In this document: positions 46,144 through 55,233 of the stretch, one piece after another | Numbering within the stretch: position 1 is the stretch's first letter | Layout of the letters: each line of letters opens with the position of its first letter | DNA from: Candidatus Latescibacterota bacterium | Lineage (GTDB): Bacteria; Latescibacterota; UBA2968; UBA8231 | DNA: 64,000 bases | Direction: 5' to 3' | Assembly (NCBI GenBank): GCA_965248265.1 | Contig: CBDFJF010000001.1 | Coordinates: 224,001 to 288,000 of the forward strand | Made by a program: the position numbers and the translations under genes | Notes under the pieces: generated by a model | Databases searched by the model: none | What the model saw: the letters and a program-made list of their open reading frames with translations, nothing else | What the model was told of the DNA's origin: nothing

Positions 46144-46614
46144 TCATCGATCTGATCGATGAAGATTTGCACGCCGTGTGGTGGTCATGCAACCGGACTG
46201 AGATCCCCTTGGGCGTTGGGCACGACTCGACGCACCGTCTGCACGAGATCGAAGTCGCTCGAAGCTGCAGATCCCGTCCAGACCGTTCGACAGGACGACT
46301 GCCGCGTGGATGGCATCGCGAGCTGCCATAGCTGGGTGCTCATCCAGCAAGTGACTGCCCAGAATGGCAACTCTGTCAGTGACGGGCAGGATTGTGTTGA
46401 ACAGGGCGCACGTGATGTCGAAGGCTTCCCGCCCGCCGGTCTCCCATCGACCCAGGCTGCGGTAACGATGCATGATTTCCTGCAGGGCTTCCGCATCGAT
46501 TCCAGTATCCACTACACCTGTTGCGATCTGCTCCATCAGGGCCAGACAAGGGCGCTTGTTTGGATGCTCTGAAGCTGTCGCGTACATGACAACGTTGGTG
46601 TCGACCAAAATCAC
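46144..46614 (-). pseudogene. vapC: VapC PIN toxin (copy 2), frameshifted near C-terminus
   Basis: Near-identical to 44679-45110, but GAAGTCGCGATCGAAG becomes GAAGTCGCTCGAAG (2-bp loss about 46258), destroying SFDRDFD. Confidence 0.8.
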
Positions 46615-46862
46615 GGCTGGGGTTCGTCTGGATCGGGTAACGATTCGCGTTTCATCTGTTCAACGGAGCCTACCGGCAGATTCAGCGTACCCAAGCGTCG
46701 AACAACCGCGAGTCTCTCCTCCACGGACAGGTCTCCGTACTGCTTCTCGCACGCTTCTCGCACCAATTGTCCCATGCTCGTATTCCGCTCCGCCGCGAGG
46801 CGAGCCAGGCGCTCATGCATGTCGGGAGACAGCAAGATCGTCGTTTTCTTGGTCAGCTCCAT
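46611..46862 (-). CDS. RHH/CopG-type antitoxin (copy 2)
   Basis: Near-identical to 45107-45358. Confidence 0.85.
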   Translation of the reverse strand: MELTKKTTILLSPDMHERLARLAAERNTSMGQLVREACEKQYGDLSVEERLAVVRRLGTLNLPVGSVEQMKRESLPDPDEPQP

Positions 46863-47016
46863 ATCCACCTCCATATATGGAGAAGAAAGACCTTCTTGAG
46901 GGACTTGGCAACGCCGTACTGCAGTCAGCTCGCCCCGTCCGAGCCCCATTTGCCAGAGCAGTTTGCACAGCGGCACCACAAACCGGGGCAGCCGCCCATT
47001 GGAGCTATCCGAAAAA

Positions 47017-47270
47017 TGGTCTTCTCCCCTAAATCTGGTCCACTTCAGATGAGAGAAATTTCTGGTTATGTTGCGGGTCCAGGGAGAAGAGAAAATGAAA
47101 AAGCGTTACACCGAAGAGCAGATTGCGCTGGCGTTGCGGCAGGCCGAGGGCGGCACAGCCGTTGGGGAGATCTGCCGCAAGATGGGGGGTCAGCGAGGCT
47201 ACGTTTTACCGCTGGAAGAAACAGTTTCAAGGCATGGGCATAGCTGAGTTGCGCCGCCTTCGCCAGCTGA
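47017..47270 (+). mobile_element. IS3-family (IS407-like) remnant: left end and frameshifted, truncated orfA
   Basis: TG-initiated end; MKKRYTEEQIALALRQAEGG..EICRKMG/VSEATFYRWKK from 47095; extra G in G-run; no orfB. Confidence 0.8.
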
Positions 47271-47839
47271 ACCGTGGCCGAAGCCGCCTCCTTTTGTCAG
47301 CGCATGCCTCCCGGGACGCTCGATTTCCTCGAGGAGCCGATCCGCGATGAGACCCCCGACGCGTACGAATCCCTGCGCTCCATGGTGGACGTTCCCTTCG
47401 CTATCGGCGAGGAGTTTGCCAGCAAGTGGGACTTCCTGCCGTACCTGGAGCGCGGTATCACCAACTTCGCGCGCCCGGATGTGTGCATCGTGGTGGTCTC
47501 ACCGAGGCCGTCAAGATCGCCGCCATCGCAGAGGCTCACTACATCGATCTCATGCCGCACAACCCGCTGGAACCTGTCTGCACCGCCGCCACGGTCCATC
47601 TGGCCGCCGCCGTTCCGAACGTGTCGTGGCTGGAGATTCGCGAGTCGCCAACCGAGCATGTGGACCGGTACGACACGGCGGTCTACCCGGTACAACCGGT
47701 GGCGGACGGTCCCAACATCATCGTGCCGGACGCACCGGGACTGGGTGTGGAGGTGGACGAGTCGCTCCTGCGGGCCCCGTCGGACTCGACCCGGGAGTTG
47801 AGCCTGCGTCGCCGCGACGGATCGATCATGAATTGGTGA
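47271..47839 (+). pseudogene. 3' remnant of mandelate racemase/galactonate dehydratase-like enolase
   Basis: FLEEP, PFAIGEE, RPDV../GGLTE..KIAA.AEAH..MPHNP, PGLGVEVDE; 5' part missing, frameshift about 47490. Confidence 0.8.
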
Positions 47840-47887
47840 CCTGCGGCGGTCTGCTCGCTGAGCCCGACTGCCGGCGATGACTTCTCG

Positions 47888-49855
47888 ATGAAAGCGCAGA
47901 CACAAGACGCCTCAAAGGCGTCCGAGCTCTGGTCGATCACACCCCGCGGCTTCATCATCGGATGCGTCGCGGCAGCTACTCTTGCCATCACCATTCCCTA
48001 CGGCGGTATGGTCATCCAGGGTTCTCGCCTGGGATTGAGCGCATGTACTCCCGCCGCCTTTTTTCTGTTTTTCGTTCTGCTGATCACGGTTCAAGTCGTC
48101 CTCGGTATGCTCAGGCGGGCGTGGCTCCTCAAGCCGGGTGAGTTGATCGTCGTCTTCGTCATGATGATGATGGCCACCGCCATCCCGACCCGCGGCGTGG
48201 TGGGCGTGCTCCTCCCGATGATCACCGGCACCTTCTACTTCGCCACACCGGAAAACAATTGGGCCGAGCTCATCCATCCCTTCCTGCCGCGCTGGATGGT
48301 CCTCTACGATACAGAGGCGGTCAAGGGATTCTACGAGGGCACGAGCTCTGCGATCCCATGGGAGTTGTGGACGCCTCTCCTGCTGAGATGGCTGGTCTTC
48401 TTCGCAGCCTTCCACCTGACCCTGCTGTGCGCCCTGGCGATGCTCAGGCGCCAGTGGGTCGAGCACGAGCGCCTGGCTTTCCCTCTGGCTCAGGTCCCCC
48501 TGGCCATGATTCAGGATGGCGAAAAGGCCGATTCCATCGTCAAGCCATTCTTCAAGAACCCGGTCATGTGGATCGGCTTCCTGCTCTCCTTTTCCCTGAA
48601 CAGCACGAATGCGCTGCATCACTACGTCGACTACATCCCTGCCCTTTTGTCCGAGTACCACACGAGCATTTTCCGGGGCCACGTCGGGCTGACCTGGCGC
48701 ATCAACTTCCTCATGTTGGGCTTCGCCTACTTCATCGGCTCCAACGTCTCTTTCAGTCTCTGGTTCTTCTACCTCCTCCACCTGATCCAGGAAGGTGTTT
48801 TCAACATCGTCGGTATCGGCAATCCCGAGCAGCTCGGGCACTGGACCGATTCGGGTCCCGTGGGCGCCATCATGGCCCATCAGATGATGGGCGCCCTCAT
48901 CGTCCTCGTCCTCTTCGGTCTGTGGACCGGGCGCTCCCATATCCGGCAGGTGCTGTGGAAAGCCTGGGACCGGAGCGCCCCCGTAGACGATTCCCGCGAG
49001 ATCATGTCATACCGGTTCGCCGTTGTCGGGTTCCTCGTCGGACTCGGCGCGATGTGGGTGTTCCTGTGGAAGACGGGAATACCCGCCTGGATCGCGCCGC
49101 TGTTCATCTTCGCCGCTCTCATCATCTGGATCGGACTGGCTCGAGCCGTCGCCGAGGCCGGCATTCCGACCATCACGCCCTCCATTGTCCCGGCCGGCTT
49201 CGTCATTTCCGGAGTCGGCACTTCCGCGCTGGGCATAGAGGGCATCGTCGCCACCGGGATGACGCTGACCTGGGGAGGCGACCTTCTCGCCTTCATCACA
49301 GCCCCCATGGCCAACGCTATCCGGCTGGGCAGCGAGGTGGCCAGGCACCGACGAGCCGTGTTCACCGCCATAGCCACGGCCCTGCTCATCAGTCTGGTGC
49401 TCTCCGCCTGCTTTCTCGTGTTCCTCGCCTACCGGGACGGCGCCCTGCATCTGCACTCCCAGTACTTCACGGGTTTTGCTCGCTACCCCTCGGACATGGC
49501 CGCCACCCAGCTAGCCAACCCCACAGGTCCCAACCTGGTGGGATGGTTGTGGACGGGCGCCGGTGGGCTGTTCATGGCCGGCTTGATGATTGCACGTCAC
49601 TTTCTGATTTGGTGGCCCTTCCACCCGATCGGTTTTGCCGTGAGTGCCGGCTGGGTGCTGAATCAGACTTGGTTTTCCATCTTCTTGGCATGGCTCATCA
49701 AGCTCGTCTTCTTGCGCTACGGTGGTCCCAGCATGTACGAGAAGACGAAGCCGTTCTTCATGGGCATCATCATGGGGCAGTTCGTGGTGGGGGGTTTCTG
49801 GTTGATCGTCGACGCCTTCACCGGCATGCAGGGCAACGTCATTCGGGTGTACTGA
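47888..49855 (+). CDS. DUF6785/DUF6784-like multi-pass membrane protein (putative transporter)
   Basis: RRQWVEHERLAFPL, R..AEAG, WWPFHPIG, LRYGG..Y...PFF.G motifs. Confidence 0.75.
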   Translation: MKAQTQDASKASELWSITPRGFIIGCVAAATLAITIPYGGMVIQGSRLGLSACTPAAFFLFFVLLITVQVVLGMLRRAWLLKPGELIVVFVMMMMATAIPTRGVVGVLLPMITGTFYFATPENNWAELIHPFLPRWMVLYDTEAVKGFYEGTSSAIPWELWTPLLLRWLVFFAAFHLTLLCALAMLRRQWVEHERLAFPLAQVPLAMIQDGEKADSIVKPFFKNPVMWIGFLLSFSLNSTNALHHYVDYIPALLSEYHTSIFRGHVGLTWRINFLMLGFAYFIGSNVSFSLWFFYLLHLIQEGVFNIVGIGNPEQLGHWTDSGPVGAIMAHQMMGALIVLVLFGLWTGRSHIRQVLWKAWDRSAPVDDSREIMSYRFAVVGFLVGLGAMWVFLWKTGIPAWIAPLFIFAALIIWIGLARAVAEAGIPTITPSIVPAGFVISGVGTSALGIEGIVATGMTLTWGGDLLAFITAPMANAIRLGSEVARHRRAVFTAIATALLISLVLSACFLVFLAYRDGALHLHSQYFTGFARYPSDMAATQLANPTGPNLVGWLWTGAGGLFMAGLMIARHFLIWWPFHPIGFAVSAGWVLNQTWFSIFLAWLIKLVFLRYGGPSMYEKTKPFFMGIIMGQFVVGGFWLIVDAFTGMQGNVIRVY

Positions 49856-49899
49856 TCCCGTCACGGGGCAGGCGAGCGCCGTGGGCCGCACCAGCCCGA

Positions 49900-50220
49900 T
49901 CACCTTCCCTGATACAGGTGGTCAGCGATGGTGCCGATCTCAAGCTGGACGCGCTCTTCAATCTCTCCCCTGCGCTTCTGCCTCTGGTACGTGGCGAGCG
50001 CCCTTCGCGCCTCATCTTCCCGGCCCAGCTCGTTGTACAATGTGCCGAGGAACAGGTACGCACGCGGCCCGATCCACTCGGCTTCGCGCAGCGCCTCGAC
50101 GTAGGCGAGCGCCTCCCCGTGTCGGCCCATGCGGTACAGCACGGCTCCCAGCTGCCACCTGACGGGATCTGATTCCGGGTCCACGGCGAGGGCCTCTCGC
50201 AGCAAATCCTGGATAGACAA
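49900..50220 (-). pseudogene. TPR protein C-terminal fragment
   Basis: TPR-like helices (LG.VLY..GR..EAL; AYLFLG.LY..LGR.DEA); no N-terminus, abuts att-like site. Confidence 0.55.
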
Positions 50221-50225
50221 AGAGA

Positions 50226-50262
50226 AAGCCCTGGGAATTAAAATGGTGCCGTCCCAGGGCTT
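50226..50262 (-). other. att-like site: tRNA 3'-end fragment inside a terminator hairpin
   Basis: Minus strand CCCTGGGACGGCACCA (ends in ACCA) followed by TCCCAGGGCTT complement and T-rich tail; AT-rich stretch adjacent. Confidence 0.5.
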
Positions 50263-50372
50263 ATTTGATGGTGGGCGATGCCGGGCTCTCACCAGCGACC
50301 CCCTGCTTGTAAGGCAGTGGTTTGTGTTAATATTTACAGTAAGTTATAGATATGTATCCCTCCGTGTAACCA

Positions 50373-50633
50373 TTACAGTCCACGCTTCCCACCATAGAGG
50401 TCGTATTCGGCCCGAACGACATCTGCAAGCCGGAACCTGATAGTCTTCGAGCCAAAACGCACGCCTGGCAGGTGAACACCAGACGGGTGATTTCCGTTGG
50501 CGATCTTCATCACTTCCTTCCTACTGATCTTCCATCGATCCATCAGCATCTCGGGCGCGACGAGCTTTTCGCCGTTGATGATAGCGTCGGCCTCTTCGCT
50601 CGCGTAATCCTCATACGTAGTCTTCATCGGCAT
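50373..50633 (-). CDS. Excisionase/AlpA-like small DNA-binding protein
   Basis: HTH-like LMDRWKISRKEVMKIA..LPGVRFGSKTIRFRLADV pattern. Confidence 0.6.
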   Translation of the reverse strand: MPMKTTYEDYASEEADAIINGEKLVAPEMLMDRWKISRKEVMKIANGNHPSGVHLPGVRFGSKTIRFRLADVVRAEYDLYGGKRGL

Positions 50634-50768
50634 CAACCAATATCACCGTCCACCGCATCCGACAAGGTGGCAATGTTCCCGATTGGTGTGAACGGTGCAC
50701 CTTGGTGAACCATTTCCCGGACTAGCGCTCGAGAGTCCTGAATCCAAGTTGCTATCCTAACTTGTGGT

Positions 50769-52544
50769 TCACGAAGGTTCACAAGGTTCACTCCCGAGTA
50801 GGCGAAGGCCTCTCCACCGTACGCCTGATCTTGTTTTGATTCTCTCGAAGCCACGTTCTCTTAGCCGCGGGGCAAGGGCCTTCTGCGAGATGTTAGTCCC
50901 GCTCCATTTCCGGTAAGCCTCAACGAGTTCTGTCGAACCTACCTTCGCTGAGGGTTCTATAGAGCAGTGTTCAGAGAGAAATCCTGCTAGTATGTCCTCC
51001 TCCGCCCGATAAGCGGCCGTCGCTTCGGCCACCTCGTCTGGTATTCCCAAACCGTTAGCTGCCCACTCAAGGCAGCCGCGGACGGCCCAAGCCAAAATAC
51101 CGGGGAATTCCTCCTTCAGCTTGGCAGGCAGGGATTGGTCCTGCTCACCTCGGGAAATCGTGACATTGAAAGGTATCAGGTGGATCCGGCGCCAGATGGC
51201 GTTGTCAGTCCCTTTGACATTGGGCTTGTGATTGGCCCCGAGCCAGGTCTTGTGGGTTGGCCAAAACTCGCGAAAGTCTTGCCTCATTTTACGGGCAGTC
51301 AGTCGATCGCCGCCCGTTATCTGCTTTACTAGGCTCTCAGCGAGCCGTCGCCCATCCTCGATCTCCATGGCCACCGCTAAGCGCGCCCCCTCCAGGTCGG
51401 CCAGTCCGGTTGGATGCGCGTCTCCGTGTCGGACCAGCAACAGGTCTGGCTCGACCTGTTTACCGTAGGCTCCGAGCAGAGACAATAGGACGTTCAGCAT
51501 CGTGCTTTTGCCATTGGCTCCGGCCCCGTGAAGGAAGAAGAGCACATGTTCTCTGGTGTCACCCGTCAGCGAGTAACCAACGGCGCGGCATAGGAACTCC
51601 ACCAGACTTGTGCTGCCGCCGAGGACTTGGAATAAAAAGCGATCCCAGACCGGGCATGTTGCTGATGGGTCGTACGGAACCTTGATGATGCGTGTTATCA
51701 GGTCATCTCGGCGGTGAGGTTTCAACTCTCCCGTGCGGAGGTCTATCGTGCCATTCTTGACGTTTAGCAAGAAGGGGTCACAATCGAACTCTTCTAGTAG
51801 GACCGGGATTCCAAGTTCGCTCTCTGCCAGTTTCAACATGGCACGCAACTTGGGTTCCGACTGCGATCGCATTGCGTGTTTCACAAGCTCTTTGCACTTG
51901 TCATTGTCTTCAATTTTCGCGGCCTCGGTTAAGATGTCGAGGGCCGTTAGCTTCGCGAAACGCATAACTTCAGCAGTCTCATCGAGAGCCCACCGCTGGC
52001 CGTCCCAGACGTACCACTTGCCATTGGTATGGCAGAATCTGAGTTCGCTGCTAAGCTCGAACACTAGGCGGCGTGCGTTGCCCAAGTCAGTCAGATGTCT
52101 GGGGGTAGGGCCGGTCTGTGAAGGAAGAGTCTCCTCGATCTGCTGATGACCGTTGGACTTGTCAGGGGCGGAAGCGGCCGTTGATGTCGGTGACGCAATC
52201 GCACGTGCAGCTCTCGCCTGGGCCTGACGCCTCTTGGGTGTTTCTGGAAACAGATCCTTCATCGCCAACCCCCGGGCTTTCATGACGTCGCGGGTTTCGC
52301 AGCCCGCGTGGCAGTTCACTAGGCAGACCCCGTCCTCCGTGAGTTCAACTGAAAGAGAAGGTTTTCGGTCATCGTGTGCCGGGCAACAGACCGTAAACTT
52401 GCCGTTCCGAGGCCCTCCGTGGGGAGGGAGGGCCTTGAGAATGTCGTAGGCTCTTGCTATAGTCATTTCATCGGATCCATACGGCCCGCCGCTTTCGCCT
52501 CCCAGCTTAGTGACGGGCCGTTTTTCTGTTATGCAGCAGGACAC
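50769..52544 (-). CDS. Phage/plasmid P4-family primase-associated SF3 (D5-like) helicase with N-terminal zinc finger
   Basis: CPAHDD..PSL..CHAGC; TDLGNA; WYVWDG; GAGANGKST; KQITGGD; N.KP; AIWRR; start may be 52466. Confidence 0.9.
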   Translation of the reverse strand: MSCCITEKRPVTKLGGESGGPYGSDEMTIARAYDILKALPPHGGPRNGKFTVCCPAHDDRKPSLSVELTEDGVCLVNCHAGCETRDVMKARGLAMKDLFPETPKRRQAQARAARAIASPTSTAASAPDKSNGHQQIEETLPSQTGPTPRHLTDLGNARRLVFELSSELRFCHTNGKWYVWDGQRWALDETAEVMRFAKLTALDILTEAAKIEDNDKCKELVKHAMRSQSEPKLRAMLKLAESELGIPVLLEEFDCDPFLLNVKNGTIDLRTGELKPHRRDDLITRIIKVPYDPSATCPVWDRFLFQVLGGSTSLVEFLCRAVGYSLTGDTREHVLFFLHGAGANGKSTMLNVLLSLLGAYGKQVEPDLLLVRHGDAHPTGLADLEGARLAVAMEIEDGRRLAESLVKQITGGDRLTARKMRQDFREFWPTHKTWLGANHKPNVKGTDNAIWRRIHLIPFNVTISRGEQDQSLPAKLKEEFPGILAWAVRGCLEWAANGLGIPDEVAEATAAYRAEEDILAGFLSEHCSIEPSAKVGSTELVEAYRKWSGTNISQKALAPRLRERGFERIKTRSGVRWRGLRLLGSEPCEPS

Positions 52545-52563
52545 ATCGCCCTGCTGTTTGGTT

Positions 52564-52758
52564 TCACACCACGTTCCGGTCCGTGATTAGGTGGCGTAGT
52601 CCGACGGCAAGGCGCTGCCTTGTACGGGTAGTCGGACGGCAGATGCGACCGTTGAGGAGGCGGCTCAGGTAGTAAATCGACAGGCCTGTCTCCCGAGCGA
52701 GATCACTGTTGGTGGCCTCGAGCGCTTGCAAGATCATTCTGATTCTGAGCGGGTTCAT
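52564..52758 (-). CDS. XRE-family HTH regulator
   Basis: NSDLARETGLSIYYLSRLLNG. Confidence 0.7.
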   Translation of the reverse strand: MNPLRIRMILQALEATNSDLARETGLSIYYLSRLLNGRICRPTTRTRQRLAVGLRHLITDRNVV

Positions 52759-52785
52759 CAGTTCTCGTGGGTTTCGGGGAAGAAC

Positions 52786-52868
52786 AAAAAAAAGGGGCTC
52801 GCGGTCTGTGGCACGCACTCCGACCCGTTCCTCCACGGAGAAGTGAATGCCACTGACCGAGAACCCCT
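52786..52868 (-). terminator. Long hairpin plus U8 in the leader of the HTH-helicase operon
   Basis: 21-nt arms (18/21 Watson-Crick plus a G-U) at 52793-52813 and 52848-52868, followed by a T run on the minus strand. Confidence 0.7.
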
Positions 52869-52915
52869 ACCCTCATCTATGCGATGACCAGGGAGATCCC
52901 TGCTATGATGCTTTT

Positions 52916-52944
52916 ACAATACCAAGCCCTTGTGTCTTTGGCAA
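52916..52944 (-). promoter_or_regulatory. Sigma70-type promoter of the replication operon
   Basis: TTGCCA-N17-TATTGT. Confidence 0.55.
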
Positions 52945-53057
52945 GACAAGTATTTGCTGTTCCATGTAAAACCGGCTAAACCGGCGGTCTGATCCGGTCG
53001 GCGCCCCGGGATTGTTCCACGGCAAGTCCCGCAACTTCTTGCCTTGCTTAAGAAGCC

Positions 53058-54038
53058 CTAAAGCCCGTCCTGCGTTCCTCTCAGCGATTCGAATCGCCGG
53101 AACGCGGCCCGAGCAGCTTCAGGGTTCACTTCGGCGTACTGAAGTGTCGTCCTAAGGCTGCGATGCCCCATGAGTTGCTTGAGAGCCAATGAATCGATCA
53201 CTCCTGCCCGTTCGGAGCCAAAAGCATGGCGCAGCTGATGAATTGTGGCCGCCTTTCCTCCGCTGGTCACGCCAACGGAATACCGTCGGAACAGCCGATA
53301 AGCCATGTCGTAGCTCAGTGCCTCGCCGCTCGATTCCGAAAACTGCCGCGAGATGAACAGGGGCCCATTCGAGGGGTTTCCTCTCTCTCGGAGGTATCTC
53401 TTGATCAGAGCCACAACTCGCTGGCTGACGAAACCTTGGCGCTCTCGTTCACCCTTGCCCCATACCCGCATGGTCCCTTCACTCAGATCCACGTCCTCAA
53501 TCCTCAGAGTTAGGGCTTCGCGAATCCGCAGACCTGAATCATACAACAGCGTGAAAAGTGCCTTGTCCCGTGGTGCCTCGATGCGTCCCAGGATCACCTT
53601 GACTTGATCCTTCGTGAGAGGGCGGGGAAGTCGCGTAGGTGTCCGTTTCCGCTGCAGGCCCTCCATCGGGTTTGCACGCAGGGTCGCCCTGGTTCTTAGT
53701 GTTGGGACTTCTGGGAGTTTCACGATCCAGTTGAAGAAGTTGTGAAGGGTTCCGAAATGCCGGTTGTATGTGGCGGGTGACACCGGATTGCCCTCCGCCG
53801 TCGTAAGATTACCCAGATACTCGGAGATTTCGGTGCCACTGACGTCGGAGATGCGCCTGTCTCCGAATTGAGCCTCGAAGCGCCTAAGGTCCGCTCGGAA
53901 AGCCTTCCCCGTGTTCACGCTGAAATCGTGATCAGGGCTGCGAAATTCCTTCGATGCCTTGCTGATGGTGAGGACTTTGGGCTGAGGTCTTCCGGGGCGC
54001 CCGAGCTCCCCCAGGCTTGGATTGGGTGTCGAGTTCAA
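53058..54038 (-). CDS. Tyrosine recombinase (XerC/D-like integrase/resolvase)
   Basis: DSGLRIRE, GKG, HQLRH, LMGHRSLRTTLQY catalytic signature. Confidence 0.92.
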   Translation of the reverse strand: MNSTPNPSLGELGRPGRPQPKVLTISKASKEFRSPDHDFSVNTGKAFRADLRRFEAQFGDRRISDVSGTEISEYLGNLTTAEGNPVSPATYNRHFGTLHNFFNWIVKLPEVPTLRTRATLRANPMEGLQRKRTPTRLPRPLTKDQVKVILGRIEAPRDKALFTLLYDSGLRIREALTLRIEDVDLSEGTMRVWGKGERERQGFVSQRVVALIKRYLRERGNPSNGPLFISRQFSESSGEALSYDMAYRLFRRYSVGVTSGGKAATIHQLRHAFGSERAGVIDSLALKQLMGHRSLRTTLQYAEVNPEAARAAFRRFESLRGTQDGL

Positions 54039-54106
54039 GATATTCTACCAGTTCTGCCCCAAAATAGGGGCCGTAAGTTGTTGTATTGCCATAGCGGAAT
54101 AAATGC

Positions 54107-54140
54107 GAGTTCAAGATACCTTGTCAAGTATCTTGAGCTC
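54107..54140. promoter_or_regulatory. 34-bp 13-8-13 inverted repeat (candidate recombinase site or operator)
   Basis: GAGTTCAAGATAC-CTTGTCAA-GTATCTTGAGCTC with 12/13 symmetric arms; extra half-site GAGTTCAAGATA at 54031-54042. Confidence 0.65.
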
Positions 54141-54165
54141 ATTTACATCAGGTTGCCCGTCCTGC

Positions 54166-55233
54166 TCAGATCGGGTTCGAAACCGTTGCCACAGACTCCA
54201 ACAAGGATATCAGCCGTTCGTGGATCGAACGCCAGTCGTCGGCGAGGTTGACTGTAGCCACACGCAGCGGGTAACCTCGGACCACATAACGCAGGTCGAG
54301 ATCATACTCGACAGTCGGATAGAGAAGCATCCCCTCCGGGGTGGTACCCGAAGAGCAATCTGTATTGGCGAGATAGGCATGCATCTGGTAGAGATTCGCC
54401 GAGTGTACCGTCTCGCGATCGTAATTCGACTGTAACGCCTCGTAGTAGTATTTGGTGTCGATGATCATGTGACGGTTCTTTGATCGTAGTGAGACGTCGG
54501 TCCGCATCCCGGGGAGGAATTGAGAGCCGTGTTCGCTTAGGGATACGGCGTCCCAAGAGATCTTCTCGGAGCCTACTGTCGAGAACTCCGCCTGCTCGCG
54601 GGCGTAGAAGTTCCGTACAAAGTCCTCGAAGAGACGCTCCATCTGCCGACGGTCTTTCGTAAAGTCCCGGAATCTTGTGCGGCCCGTTTCCTCGGAGACA
54701 AATAGGTTCTGGTTCACAAGGGTGCAGAGATCTATCAGAAACCCATAAACTTTCGACTGACTGCCTATCTGGACAGCCCGGAAGGTCAATCCCGATACCG
54801 GTATGACCTCGATCCCATCCAGTCGCCTGCACATACCACCGCAGAGCTCGCGAGATTGCTGATCAACACAGTGTGCTCGAGCCAGCCGCCATAGGGTGCT
54901 CTTGATGATCCTGTTGGGTAGAGTGTCATAGCTCAGTTCGTCGTAACGGCAATGGAGCCGCCCCAGCGGGGCCAGTTGTCGTTTGACCGTCTCCGAGAAG
55001 TCCAACCTGCCTCTAAGTCCACGGATGTCAGCTGTCGTCTCAATGTAACCCCTTCCCATACCCCTACGTATCAGGTGCGCTGTCCCGTTCGCCAGAACCC
55101 TAGCCAGGAGATCAAGAATGCCGACGCCTGACTGAGTCTCAACGGCGGTCAGCTCTCCCTCTTCGAGTCTATTCCATGCGTAGGAGAGCAGGTAGTAGAC
55201 GTTTCGAATAGGTATCTGGCGTGGGTTACTCAC
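54166..55233 (-). CDS. mcrC: McrC family restriction subunit
   Basis: IPIRNVYYLLSYAW, LFEDFVRNFY, TD..IIDTKYY, NLYQMHAY, GMLLYP. Confidence 0.9.
   Translation of the reverse strand: MSNPRQIPIRNVYYLLSYAWNRLEEGELTAVETQSGVGILDLLARVLANGTAHLIRRGMGRGYIETTADIRGLRGRLDFSETVKRQLAPLGRLHCRYDELSYDTLPNRIIKSTLWRLARAHCVDQQSRELCGGMCRRLDGIEVIPVSGLTFRAVQIGSQSKVYGFLIDLCTLVNQNLFVSEETGRTRFRDFTKDRRQMERLFEDFVRNFYAREQAEFSTVGSEKISWDAVSLSEHGSQFLPGMRTDVSLRSKNRHMIIDTKYYYEALQSNYDRETVHSANLYQMHAYLANTDCSSGTTPEGMLLYPTVEYDLDLRYVVRGYPLRVATVNLADDWRSIHERLISLLESVATVSNPI

Larger units (their letters stand above)
44666..46913. repeat. About 750-bp direct repeat pair (44666-45415 and 46172-46913)
   Basis: Direct sequence comparison; each copy contains antitoxin plus vapC and palindrome CTCCATATATGGAG. 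Confidence 0.9.

Noticed and set aside
48259-50172. 637-aa alternative-frame ORF
   Set aside because: Arg/Pro/His-rich shadow frame of the membrane protein gene, typical of high-GC DNA
50244-50262. Complete tRNA gene
   Set aside because: Only a 3'-end-like 16-mer; no T-loop, anticodon or D arm upstream
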